From positions 105,445-169,444 of the forward strand of contig JAVKIE010000002.1 in NCBI GenBank assembly GCA_031459615.1: a stretch of DNA of 64,000 bases. The letters run 5' to 3'. The notes below the pieces were generated by a model. It did not search any database, was not told where the DNA came from, and saw nothing but the letters and a program-made list of their open reading frames with translations. Positions 9,370-17,870 of the stretch are shown piece by piece. Source of the stretch: Candidatus Calidihabitans tengchongensis (lineage in GTDB: Bacteria; Sysuimicrobiota; Sysuimicrobiia; Sysuimicrobiales; Kaftiobacteriaceae). Position 1 is the first letter of the stretch. The number at the start of each line of letters is the position of its first letter. A program made the translations under genes and the position numbers.

Positions 9370-10971
9370 ATGATGCCGGCTGATCCCTGGCGCATCGGGC
9401 TGGCCGCCGTTCCTCTGGCGGCCCTGCTGGCGGGGTTGCTGGTCCTGCGCTGGTCGGCGGTGCGCGCGGCCGCTGTGGCGCTGGCCGTGACGTCGCTGCT
9501 GGCGGGGGCCGTTTACCGGACCCCGCCCGCGGGACTGGTTGCGGCGCTGGCGCGGGCGGCCGTGACGAGCCTGCACGTGCTGTACATCATCTGGGCGGCC
9601 CTGCTGCTGTATGAAATCGCCGACCGGGTCGGAGCGATTGCCAGCATCGGAGAGGAGGTCTCCCGTCTCACCGAGGACCACGTCCTGCAGCTGCTGATCG
9701 TCGGGTTCGCCTTCAGCTCGTTCCTGCAGGGGGTGGCGGGGTTTGGGGTGCCGGTGGCGGTGACGGCGCCCCTGCTGCTCGGGCTGGGGTTTGCGCCCTT
9801 GGAGGCCGCCGCCGCCCCCCTGGTGGGCCACGCCTGGGCGGTGACCATGGGAGACATGGCGTCCTCCTTCCAGGCCCTGCGGGCGGTGACCGGCCTGCCG
9901 GCGCGGGCGCTGGGCGTCTGGACGGCGGCGCTGCTGGGGGGAGTCGCCGTGGCCACCGGTTTTGCTGTGGCCCACGTGCACGCCGGCCCGCGGCCGTTCC
10001 GACGGGCGCTGGGCGCGATCGCGATCCTGGGGGCGGTCATGGGGGTCGTGCAGCTGCTGCTGGCGCTGGCCCAGCACTGGGTGGTCGCATCCTTCGGGGC
10101 CGGGATGGTGGGGCTGGTCGTCGGCGTGGCCGTGGCCCGCCTGGCCAGGCGCCGCGGCCCGGCGTGGCTGGGTACCCTGCCGGCCTGGCCTCCGCCCTAT
10201 CCCCGCGACGAGCGTCCGAGGTCGGTTCACGCGGGGAGGGCGGCCATGGGCTTTCACGAGGCGTTTCTGCCCTACTACACCCTCATCGGAGTGGTGGGGA
10301 CGGCGACGTTCGTCCCGCCCGTGCGCCGGACGCTGGAGTCGGTGATTCTGACGGCGCACTTTGTGGCGGTGCCGACGGGGCTGGGCTGGCCCGGAGAGGG
10401 CGGGGAGGTGCACTTTCCGCCGCTGGCTCATCCCGGCGCGCTGCTGCTGTACGCCAGCGGGCTCACGGTGGTGCTCTACCGCCTGCGGGGGCGCACGGTG
10501 GCGGGCTGGCGCCGGCTGTGGGCGGCGGTCGTCCGCCAGGGAGCGCCCACCTCGGCCGCCGTCCTGCTGCTGGTGGGGATGGCTACCCTGATGGGGGCCA
10601 GCGGCATGACATTCCTGCTCGCGCAGGGCCTGGTCACCCTGGTGGGGCCCGCGTTTCCCCTGCTGTCACCGCTTCTGGGCCTGCTGGGGACCGTGATCAC
10701 CGGCAGCAACACGAATTCCAACGTCCTGTTCGGAAGCCTTCAGCGGGACGCGGCGCGCCTGCTGGGGATGGACCCGGTGCTGATGGCCGCCCTGCAGACG
10801 GCGGGAGGATCGGTGGGGTCGATGGTGGCCCCCGCCAAGGTGGTCCTGGCCACGGCCGCCGTCGGCCTGAGCGGGCAGGAGGGGCGGGTGATGCGCCTGA
10901 CGGCCCGGTATGCGCTGCCGATGACGGTCGCCCTCGGGCTGGTGGGGTGGGCGCTCCAGGTCGCCCGGTGA
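9370..10971 (+). CDS. L-lactate permease family (LctP) transporter
   Basis: About 533 aa polytopic protein with an LctP-like GFLQGVAGFGVPVAVTAPLLLGLGF segment. ATG 9370 is in-frame inside the long track ORF 8479-10971, whose 5' part overlaps tctA and is spurious. Confidence 0.65.
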   Translation: MMPADPWRIGLAAVPLAALLAGLLVLRWSAVRAAAVALAVTSLLAGAVYRTPPAGLVAALARAAVTSLHVLYIIWAALLLYEIADRVGAIASIGEEVSRLTEDHVLQLLIVGFAFSSFLQGVAGFGVPVAVTAPLLLGLGFAPLEAAAAPLVGHAWAVTMGDMASSFQALRAVTGLPARALGVWTAALLGGVAVATGFAVAHVHAGPRPFRRALGAIAILGAVMGVVQLLLALAQHWVVASFGAGMVGLVVGVAVARLARRRGPAWLGTLPAWPPPYPRDERPRSVHAGRAAMGFHEAFLPYYTLIGVVGTATFVPPVRRTLESVILTAHFVAVPTGLGWPGEGGEVHFPPLAHPGALLLYASGLTVVLYRLRGRTVAGWRRLWAAVVRQGAPTSAAVLLLVGMATLMGASGMTFLLAQGLVTLVGPAFPLLSPLLGLLGTVITGSNTNSNVLFGSLQRDAARLLGMDPVLMAALQTAGGSVGSMVAPAKVVLATAAVGLSGQEGRVMRLTARYALPMTVALGLVGWALQVAR

Positions 10972-11027
10972 GGCGGTGCGCCGGCGCGGGGGCGTCCGCC
11001 CGGAGCACGGAAGGAGGGGAGTGCGAT

Positions 11028-11828
11028 ATGGACACGGTGGTGGCGCCCGACGGGGCGCGCCTGGCGTACGACGACCGCGGCAGCGGCCTGGCGGTGGTGT
11101 TGCTGCACGGGTTCCCGTTTTCCCGGCGGATGTGGGCGCCTCAGGCCGCGCTGGCCGACCGCTACCGCCTGATCACCCCGGACCTGCGCGGGTTTGGAGA
11201 CTCGGCGGGGGTTCCCCAGTCCCTGGACCAGCTGGCCGACGACCTCCAGACCCTGGTGGAGCACCTGGCTCTGCGGGACTGGGTGCTGGGAGGGTTCTCC
11301 ATGGGCGGGTATGTGGCGTTCCGCTATGTGGCGCGCTACGGTCAGCGGATGCGGGCGCTGCTGCTTCTGGACACCCGCGCCGAACCCGACTCCCCCGAAG
11401 GCCGGCGCCGCCGGCTGGAGGCCATCGCCCGCATCGAACGCGACGGCCCGGACGGCTACCTGGACGAGTTCGTGTCGGTGGTGGTCTCGCCGGGGACGCT
11501 GCGGACCCGGCCGGAGGTGGGCCGGAGGGTGCGCGCCCTGATGGAGGCCCGCCCCGCCTCGCTGGTGGGCGCGCTGCGGGCCATGGCCGACCGGCCCGAC
11601 AGCACGCCCCTGCTGGCGGAGATCACGGTTCCCACCCTGATCGTCGTGGGCGCCGACGACCAGGCGACGCCGGTGGCCAGCGCCCGGGCCATGGCCGAGC
11701 GTATCCGCGCTTCCCGCCTGGAGGTGATCCCGGACGCCGGCCACGTGGCCAACATCGAGCAGCCCCAGCGGTTCACCGAGGTGGTGCGCGATTTCCTGGA
11801 CGCGCTGCCGGCGGCCGCCGTCGGCTAG
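11028..11828 (+). CDS. Alpha/beta hydrolase fold protein
   Basis: HGFPFS oxyanion region, GFSMGG nucleophile elbow, and C-terminal D and H; 266 aa. Confidence 0.8.
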   Translation: MDTVVAPDGARLAYDDRGSGLAVVLLHGFPFSRRMWAPQAALADRYRLITPDLRGFGDSAGVPQSLDQLADDLQTLVEHLALRDWVLGGFSMGGYVAFRYVARYGQRMRALLLLDTRAEPDSPEGRRRRLEAIARIERDGPDGYLDEFVSVVVSPGTLRTRPEVGRRVRALMEARPASLVGALRAMADRPDSTPLLAEITVPTLIVVGADDQATPVASARAMAERIRASRLEVIPDAGHVANIEQPQRFTEVVRDFLDALPAAAVG

Positions 11829-11835
11829 CCGAGAC

Positions 11836-12032
11836 CGGGGGACAGTCCCCGTCCAGGTAGGGGGACAGTCCCCCTCCAGGGCGGGGGGACAGTCCCCGTA
11901 TTCGGAGCGGCAGCCCGACTAGGTGCAGGCGTCGCGGGGCGTCCGCTGAGGGGACTGTCCCCACCGCGAGATGGTGCCTGTCACCCGCCGGGGCGCGGGG
12001 ACAGTCCCCTCCTGCAGATAGGGACTGTCCCC
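11836..12032. repeat. Array of six REP-like 13 bp palindromes GGGGAC(A/T)GTCCCC in both orientations
   Basis: Copies at about 11837, 11860, 11883, 11950, 11997 and 12021, spaced 20-60 bp apart, in the intergenic region directly upstream of a RAYT/IS200-like gene. Confidence 0.7.
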
Positions 12033-12129
12033 GCCTGATGGGTCTGGGGCCGATGGCCGGTTCGGGCCATGGACGCGTGGCCCGGGAGCTGATAGCCTCG
12101 GGGTCGATCTCGCTTCCGGGAGGTTCGGC

Positions 12130-12813
12130 ATGGCCAGGCGTCCGAGGGGCGTCATCGTTCACGCCGTGGTGCACGTGACCGCGCGAGGGAACCGGGGCAG
12201 TCCGATCTTCATGGACGAGGGCGACTACCGGGCGTTTCTGAGAGACCTGCAGGACCTGTGTGGGCAGCACGGCGCCCGGGTGCACGCCTACTGTCTGATG
12301 ACCAACCACCTGCACCTGCTGGTCCAGGTGGGGGAGCGTCCGCTGTCCCCCGTGATGCGCGCCCTCCTCCACCGCCACGCCCGGAGGATCAACCGACTCT
12401 ACTACGGAGGCGGCCACGTGTTCGGCGACCGGTTCTGGTCGCGCCCGTGCACCTCCGAGTCCGACGTCCTCAGCACCATCCGGTACATCCACGCCAATCC
12501 GGTCGAGGCGGGGCTGGTGGACGCGCCGGACGCCTATCCGTGGAGCAGCCACCGCATCTACCTGGGACAGGAGGAGGCTCCCTGGGTGAGTACGTCGGCG
12601 CTGGAGTTCTTCAGCGCCGACAGGGCGCGGGCGCAGGCCGCCTATGCGGTGTGGATGGCTGGCGGTCTGTCCGAAGCGGGGGCGAAGGGAGGAACCGGCC
12701 GGCCACGCCCCTATGGGGGAGCGGGGATCGGTCCGGCGCGGCGAACCCGCCACAGCGCGGGCAGCCAGGAATACCCCAGCACGTACGAGAACACCGCGGC
12801 ACCGCCCGCGTAA
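12130..12813 (+). CDS. REP-associated tyrosine transposase (RAYT) / IS200-like Y1 (HUH) transposase
   Basis: HUH motif LMTNHLHLLV and catalytic Tyr context IRYIHANPVEAG. Shine-Dalgarno GGGAGG. The C-terminal ~35 codons overlap the convergent membrane gene and may not all be translated. Confidence 0.75.
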   Translation: MARRPRGVIVHAVVHVTARGNRGSPIFMDEGDYRAFLRDLQDLCGQHGARVHAYCLMTNHLHLLVQVGERPLSPVMRALLHRHARRINRLYYGGGHVFGDRFWSRPCTSESDVLSTIRYIHANPVEAGLVDAPDAYPWSSHRIYLGQEEAPWVSTSALEFFSADRARAQAAYAVWMAGGLSEAGAKGGTGRPRPYGGAGIGPARRTRHSAGSQEYPSTYENTAAPPA

Positions 12814-14027
12814 GCGGCTCCGCCGGCAGCGGCCGCGGCCGGATGCCCCGCGAGGGTGGCCCCGGCGATCAGGACGCTGCCGGCGGTCAGCAGCACGAGC
12901 GGAACTGCCCCGGCCCGCGGCCAGTAGGGAGCCTCCAGCCTCGGCACGTCGTAGGCGCTCATGCCCAGGGCAAACCGGTAGTACCACATGAGGAACGGAG
13001 TCACCTTGTAGGCCTGGCCGGTGATGACCAGGGTCACCCACCCCAGCAGGTACCAGGCGACGGCGGCCGCGGCCCACCGGACACGGTCGCCCGGCAGTCC
13101 TCCGGCGGCCGCCAGCAGCACGCCCGCCCCCAGCACGGCCGTGCCGGCCGCCACCACGCGCCAGTGGGCGCGGGTGATGTCGGGAGCGGGCTTGGTCCAC
13201 TGCCGCAGGAAGGCGGCCACATCCCACGCGTACAGCAGCGCCGCCACCCCCAGGGCGATCAGGCCCCACCGGGTGAAGGTTCCGCCCGCCAGCGCCCCCG
13301 CCGCGAGCCCGGCCACGGCTGCCACCCCCGCGAGCAGCACCGCCCGCGACCGCAGGACGGGTGACTCCTTCAGCCCGGCAAAGCGCGGCAGCAGGTAGTA
13401 CGACGCGCCCGCGATCAGCAGGCCGAACCACCCCACCAGGCCCAGGGCCAGGTGGACCTGCAGCCCCGAGATCAGCAGGCGCGGCCAGACCGCCAGGCGC
13501 CAGTTGGCCGCCAGCAGCAGCCCCCACACCGTCACCAGGCCCAGGCACGCCGTCGCCGCCACCAGCAGGTCCAGCCCGGCGGGCCACCGGGACCGCCTTC
13601 TCACCACCGCGGCCGCCACGATCAACGTGTATCCCGCCGACAGCACCACCAGCACCCCACCGGCGATCAGAACGCCGGTCAGCCGCGCGCCAAACCCCAC
13701 GGCCAGCGCCGCCACCCCGCCCAGGTACGCGGCGAACTGGATGACGACATCCCGTCCCGGGTCCCGCCGGACGCCGGCGGCGGCCGGCAGCAGCTGGTGC
13801 AGGGCCCCCAGGGCGATCATCGTCCCCCACCCCAGGGTGACGAGGTGGTTGGCGGCGAGGACGGCGGGAGACCGCACCTGCAGGGCGGCCAGGCGCGGAG
13901 CGGCGAAGGCGACCAGGGCGGCCACCACCGGAAACCCCAGGACGGCGGCCAGCAGGAACAGGCCCGAGCGGGTGAGGTGGGGACGGTCGGGCTGCGCCCA
14001 GGCCGGGCGGGCCGAACCCGAGGACAT
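12711..14027 (-). CDS. Polytopic membrane protein (12 or more TM), possibly NnrS-like heme-copper protein
   Basis: Uniformly hydrophobic 438 aa with TM histidines (ANHLVTLGWGTMIALGALHQLLP, QVHLALGLVGWFG). Its start lies 4 nt after the stop of the upstream FAD oxidoreductase. Family assignment is tentative. Confidence 0.5.
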   Translation of the reverse strand: MSSGSARPAWAQPDRPHLTRSGLFLLAAVLGFPVVAALVAFAAPRLAALQVRSPAVLAANHLVTLGWGTMIALGALHQLLPAAAGVRRDPGRDVVIQFAAYLGGVAALAVGFGARLTGVLIAGGVLVVLSAGYTLIVAAAVVRRRSRWPAGLDLLVAATACLGLVTVWGLLLAANWRLAVWPRLLISGLQVHLALGLVGWFGLLIAGASYYLLPRFAGLKESPVLRSRAVLLAGVAAVAGLAAGALAGGTFTRWGLIALGVAALLYAWDVAAFLRQWTKPAPDITRAHWRVVAAGTAVLGAGVLLAAAGGLPGDRVRWAAAAVAWYLLGWVTLVITGQAYKVTPFLMWYYRFALGMSAYDVPRLEAPYWPRAGAVPLVLLTAGSVLIAGATLAGHPAAAAAGGAAYAGGAAVFSYVLGYSWLPALWRVRRAGPIPAPP

Positions 14028-14031
14028 GGCG

Positions 14032-15216
14032 TCAGACGGGCAGGCGACCGCGCAGCGACTCCGGGTGGTGGGGTCCCGCGGTCGCGATCAGCGCCCGGGC
14101 GTGCTCCACCTGCTCCCACACGTTCCACAGCAGCACGCCCCGCACCCGACCCTCCCGCAGGTAGTACACCACGCCTTCCCGGTACGGTTCTCTCCAGTCC
14201 TCCACCACCTGCAGGCGCGCGTCCACGTCTCCGACGGCTTCGTAGCCCAGGTCAAACAGGTCCGAGTAGAAGAACGGGAGGTGGTGGTAGGGCTCGGCGC
14301 GTCCGGCCATGTTGCGGCCGGCCGCCTGGCCCATGGTGTTGGCGTTGTCCTCGTGCTCCACCCGGATCCGGGACCCCAGGGCGGGGGCGAAAAAGCGCGC
14401 CACGTCTCCGGCGGCGTAGATGTCGGGGTCGCTGGTGCGCAGGTAGTCGTCCACCACAATCCCGTCGTCGGTGCGCAGGGTGGCGGCGGCGGCCAGCTGA
14501 TCGTTGGGCTGGATGCCGATGCCGGCCACCACCCCGTCCACCTCCACCTCCTGCCCGCGATCGGTGCGCAGGGCCAGCCGCCCGCCGCGGGCTTCCAGGC
14601 CCGCGGCCAGTTCTCCCGCCCGCACCTCCACTCCCCGCTCGCGGTAGTAGTCGTTGAGAAACCGGCTGAGCCCCGGGGGGAACAGGCGGGCCCCGATGCC
14701 CTCTTCGGGGAACAGCATGATGACCTGAACACCCTGCAGGGCCAGGGCGGCGGCGATCTCCGAGCCGATGAACCCGCCGCCGACGACGGCGAACCGGGTT
14801 CCGGGGGTCGCCCGCTCCCGCAGCCGGCGGTAGTCATCGTAAGTCCGGAAGTAGATGACATGCTCGCCGGCGGGGTCCAGGGGCAGGCGCCGGGGCTGTC
14901 CACCGGTGGCCAGCAGCAGCTTCTCGTAGGTGTAGGTCGCGCCCCGGTCATCCACCACCAGGTGCCCGGCCTTGTCGATCCGCACCGCCCGACGCCCCAG
15001 GTGGAGCTCGGCGCCCAGAGCGGCGGTGTCGCGCCAGATCTGCTCTTCGGGCTGCCCCTTCCACAGGCCCTTGGACAGGGGTGGGCGGTTGTACGGCGGG
15101 TGGGGTTCCGCGCCCAGGACACCGATGGTTCCCGAGGCGTCGACCTCGCGGATTCCCCTCACGGCTGCGTCGCCGGCCATGCCGGCGCCGATGATCAGGT
15201 AGCGGTAGTGCGGCAT
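14032..15216 (-). CDS. FAD-dependent pyridine nucleotide-disulfide oxidoreductase (ferredoxin/rubredoxin reductase or AIF-like)
   Basis: N-terminal FAD fold IIGAGMAGDAA, second Rossmann motif VVGGGFIGSEIA, and AAGDVA near the C-terminus. Confidence 0.85.
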   Translation of the reverse strand: MPHYRYLIIGAGMAGDAAVRGIREVDASGTIGVLGAEPHPPYNRPPLSKGLWKGQPEEQIWRDTAALGAELHLGRRAVRIDKAGHLVVDDRGATYTYEKLLLATGGQPRRLPLDPAGEHVIYFRTYDDYRRLRERATPGTRFAVVGGGFIGSEIAAALALQGVQVIMLFPEEGIGARLFPPGLSRFLNDYYRERGVEVRAGELAAGLEARGGRLALRTDRGQEVEVDGVVAGIGIQPNDQLAAAATLRTDDGIVVDDYLRTSDPDIYAAGDVARFFAPALGSRIRVEHEDNANTMGQAAGRNMAGRAEPYHHLPFFYSDLFDLGYEAVGDVDARLQVVEDWREPYREGVVYYLREGRVRGVLLWNVWEQVEHARALIATAGPHHPESLRGRLPV

Positions 15217-15279
15217 GAGAGACCTCCCGGGCGGGATCTGGTCTTCATCCTGGCCGAGGCGGCGGGTCTCGTCAACGGC

Positions 15280-15648
15280 TCAGGGGCCGGTCACGATGAC
15301 CCTGCCCTTCATGTCCTGCGCGTGATACGTGCAGACGTAATCGTACACCCCCGGCCGGGAGAAGGTGAGGCGTGCCGACTGGCCGGGGCGCAGGTTCAGG
15401 AAGGGGAAACCGCCCCCCAGGACAGCCACCGAGTGGGTGAAGTTATCGGCGTTGTGCCAGGTCACCGTGCTGCCGGCCCGCACGGTGATCACGGCAGGCT
15501 CAAACCGGTAGCTGGGCGGCATCTCCACGCGGGTGGCGGCCACGGGCGCAGCGCTCCCGCCCCGGGCGCACCCGGCCGCCAGGACCAGGGCGAGGGCCGC
15601 CAGGACCCCCGCCGTTCCCCCCGCCGCGCGCGTGCGCCGCCTCCCCAC
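15280..15648 (-). CDS. Cupredoxin (plastocyanin/amicyanin-like type-1 copper) lipoprotein
   Basis: Signal peptide with lipobox LAAGC, and type-1 copper ligands H...C-x2-H-x4-M (TWHNADNFTHSV ... CTYHAQDM). GTG start. Confidence 0.75.
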   Translation of the reverse strand: MGRRRTRAAGGTAGVLAALALVLAAGCARGGSAAPVAATRVEMPPSYRFEPAVITVRAGSTVTWHNADNFTHSVAVLGGGFPFLNLRPGQSARLTFSRPGVYDYVCTYHAQDMKGRVIVTGP

Positions 15649-15651
15649 GGG

Positions 15652-16197
15652 CTATGCCCTCCGGGCCGCCAGCATCTTCTGGCTGACGGCGGTGAAGATC
15701 GCGATGAAGGCCAGGGCGTCCAGCACCTCAGCCAGGGTGTGGGACGAACAGGACGATGTGAATCAGCAGGAAGACTGCTGGCGGAATGGCGTTGAGGAAC
15801 CCTCCAAACGGCATCGGCTCTCCCTCCCCGTGGATGGCGAGTGTGGCCCGGGCGGGGGCGTCGCCGGCCGACGCCCGGCCCGGGAGTCCGCGACGACTCC
15901 CCCAAGGGCGACGAGCATCCCTCCAAAGATCACCAGGTGCGCCCGGTGGCGCGCGCGTCCGGAGGGGGCGGTGGACAGGTGCCCCGACGGATGACCAGCC
16001 TGCCGGAACGCCATGGCCTCGTCGATCGCCGCCCCCAGCCCCCCGAAGACGACCAGGGCCAGGCCCGCCCATACTGCAGCGGCGCGCACACCTCGCGCGG
16101 GCCTGTGTGATGGGACGGCCTGATCTTCCATCTCCACCCGGGCCAGCGGGGGGCCGACCTCTCTGCGCAGGCTATCATGACCGAGATTATTTGTCAA
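15652..16197 (-). pseudogene. Frame-disrupted small membrane protein gene upstream of the cupredoxin
   Basis: Three successive minus-strand frames each carry plausible TM segments (LALVVFGGLGAAIDEAMAF; PFGGFLNAIPPAVFLLIHIVLFVPH; TLAEVLDALAFIAIFTAVSQKML). No single ORF is intact, which suggests two frameshifts or sequencing errors. Confidence 0.3.
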
Positions 16198-16256
16198 TAT
16201 ATCTTGCTTTATTTGTTTCTATTGCCCTAAATCGAGAGGCGGGTGTAAGATTTTAG
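16150..16256. promoter_or_regulatory. AT-rich divergent promoter island
   Basis: About 100 bp that by eye is strongly AT-rich within this ~70% GC window (TTGTCAATATATCTTGCTTTATTTGTTTCTATTGCCCTAAAT). Contains TTGCTT-17-CTAAAT and lies between divergent genes. Confidence 0.4.
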
Positions 16257-16886
16257 GTGATGCATCAGACGCGCCGCCGGATCGTGGAGCTGCTGCGGGT
16301 GCACGGGGGGCTCACCGTGGGAGATCTGGCCCGCCACCTCGACCTCACCCGCACGGCGGTCGTGAGCCATTTGGCGGCGCTCCAGGCCGAGGGTTACGTG
16401 ACCCGGGCGGGTCTGCAGCCCGGGCGCAGGCGCCCGCGGGTGGTGTACACTCTCACGCCGGCCGCCGACGGCCTGTTCACCAAATCCTACGAGGAGTTTG
16501 CCGCCGCGCTGCTGGGGGAGCTGCGGTCTGTCGCGCCCGACGGACTGACGGAGGCGCTGCGCCGGATCGGAGACCGATGGATCGCCCGCGACCTGCCTCG
16601 GGTGGAAGGGGCGACCGGGGTCCAGCGCGTGGAGCGCGCCCTGCAGGTGCTGGCCGAGCGGGGATTTCTGCCGCAGATGCAGCGGCGCAACGGGGAGTAC
16701 GTGCTGAGGGAGCACAACTGCCCCCTGATGCGGCTGGCCGTGCAGGATGCGGAGGTGTGCGCCATGGTGCACCGGTGGCTGGAGGCGCTGTTCGGCACGT
16801 GCCTGGAGAGGACCCGGTGCATGCGGCTGGGCGACCCCTACTCGGAGTACCGCCTGGCAGCCCCGCCGGGTGCTGCCGGCAGGTAG
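16257..16886 (+). CDS. ArsR-like winged-helix transcriptional regulator with Cys-containing C-terminal domain
   Basis: HTH segment RRIVELLRVHGGLTVGDLARHLDLTRTAVVSHLAALQAEGYV, and C-terminal cysteines (CPLM...C...C...C). Confidence 0.6.
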   Translation: MMHQTRRRIVELLRVHGGLTVGDLARHLDLTRTAVVSHLAALQAEGYVTRAGLQPGRRRPRVVYTLTPAADGLFTKSYEEFAAALLGELRSVAPDGLTEALRRIGDRWIARDLPRVEGATGVQRVERALQVLAERGFLPQMQRRNGEYVLREHNCPLMRLAVQDAEVCAMVHRWLEALFGTCLERTRCMRLGDPYSEYRLAAPPGAAGR

Positions 16887-16892
16887 GGTGTC

Positions 16893-17306
16893 GTGGCTCC
16901 GGTGATCGGCCTCAAGCGCGTCTACGACCCCCCGTCTTTGGCCGACGGGAAGCGGTTTCTGGTGGACCGCCTGTGGCCGCGGGGCCTCAGCGCCGCCGCG
17001 CTGCGAATCGACGGGTGGCTGAAGGATGTCGCACCCAGCGACGCTCTGCGGCGCTGGTTCGGCCACGACCCTCGCCGGTGGGACGAGTTCGTCCGCCGCT
17101 ACCACGCCGAGCTCGACGCCCGCCCCGAGGCCTGGGCGCCCCTGGCGTCGGCGGCGCGGGAAGGCCCGATTACCCTGCTGTTCTCGGCCCGGGACACCGA
17201 GCACAACAACGCCGTGGCGCTGCGGGCGTACCTGCTGGGGCGGCTGACGGCTGGTCCGCGGCGGAGGGGACGGCGCGGGGCCTCCGCCGGGCGTTCTGAC
17301 CGTTGA
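16893..17306 (+). CDS. DUF488 family protein
   Basis: KRVYDPP...DGKRFLVDRLWPRG...W.KDVAPS..LR.WF.HDP matches the DUF488 (YeaO-like) signature. Confidence 0.7.
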   Translation: MAPVIGLKRVYDPPSLADGKRFLVDRLWPRGLSAAALRIDGWLKDVAPSDALRRWFGHDPRRWDEFVRRYHAELDARPEAWAPLASAAREGPITLLFSARDTEHNNAVALRAYLLGRLTAGPRRRGRRGASAGRSDR

Positions 17307-17405
17307 CAGTCCCGCGACGCCTGTGCTACAAGGAGGGCACTTCCCCACCTCGAGGACGTCGGTGCCGGGACGACAATCCGATCCGCAGGTCCGGGAGGGC
17401 GCCCG

Positions 17406-17597
17406 GTGAGCAAGTGCCACGTGTGCGGCCTGCCCGACACCCAGACGGTCCTGGTCAAATGCCAGTGGTTCGGCCGGGGGACCAAGTGGCTGTGCGTGGA
17501 GTGCCTGCGCAGCCGTCCGCTTGCGGAGACTGCGGGGACCTCGCCGGAGGGGCGTACCAATCCTGCCGGCGTCCGCCAGCCTGCGCCACGCTCGTAG
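17406..17597 (+). CDS. Small zinc-ribbon protein (CxxC...CxxC), 63 aa
   Basis: CHVCG and CVEC pairs, GTG start 7 nt after GGGAGGG. It could be a spurious ORF. Confidence 0.3.
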   Translation: MSKCHVCGLPDTQTVLVKCQWFGRGTKWLCVECLRSRPLAETAGTSPEGRTNPAGVRQPAPRS

Positions 17598-17610
17598 CCC
17601 TCGACAGTCC

Positions 17611-17639
17611 TTGACAGGGCCGGCGGTTTCTGCTAATTG
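17611..17639 (+). promoter_or_regulatory. Candidate sigma-70-type promoter TTGACA-17-TAATTG upstream of gltB
   Basis: Consensus -35 element and a plausible -10 element at 17 bp spacing, about 230 nt upstream of the gltB start. Confidence 0.35.
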
Positions 17640-17779
17640 AGAAGGCAACTCTGCCGCCTGCGGGCGGTGGGGTGAGGCCGCTGAGGAAGTGCGCCTAGGG
17701 TTCCGCCGCGCCTATCGGGCGCGGGCCTGGTTCTAGCGGCGCAGGCCGGCGATCCGCCCGGCTACACCGTCGGGAGAGA

Positions 17780-17843
17780 AGCCCGAGGGGGAGGTTCCTC
17801 GGTCCGGAAGGCGTGCCTTCCGGCGGGGGATCGTCCCCTCGGG
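17780..17843 (+). other. Structured element in the gltB leader: nested stem-loops
   Basis: Outer stem GCCCGAGGGG pairs with CCCCTCGGGC, enclosing a perfect hairpin CCGGAAGG-CGTG-CCTTCCGG. It ends about 25 nt before the gltB start. Confidence 0.3.
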
Positions 17844-17870
17844 CTTCGATGTCCTGGGCGGGAGGCCGCG

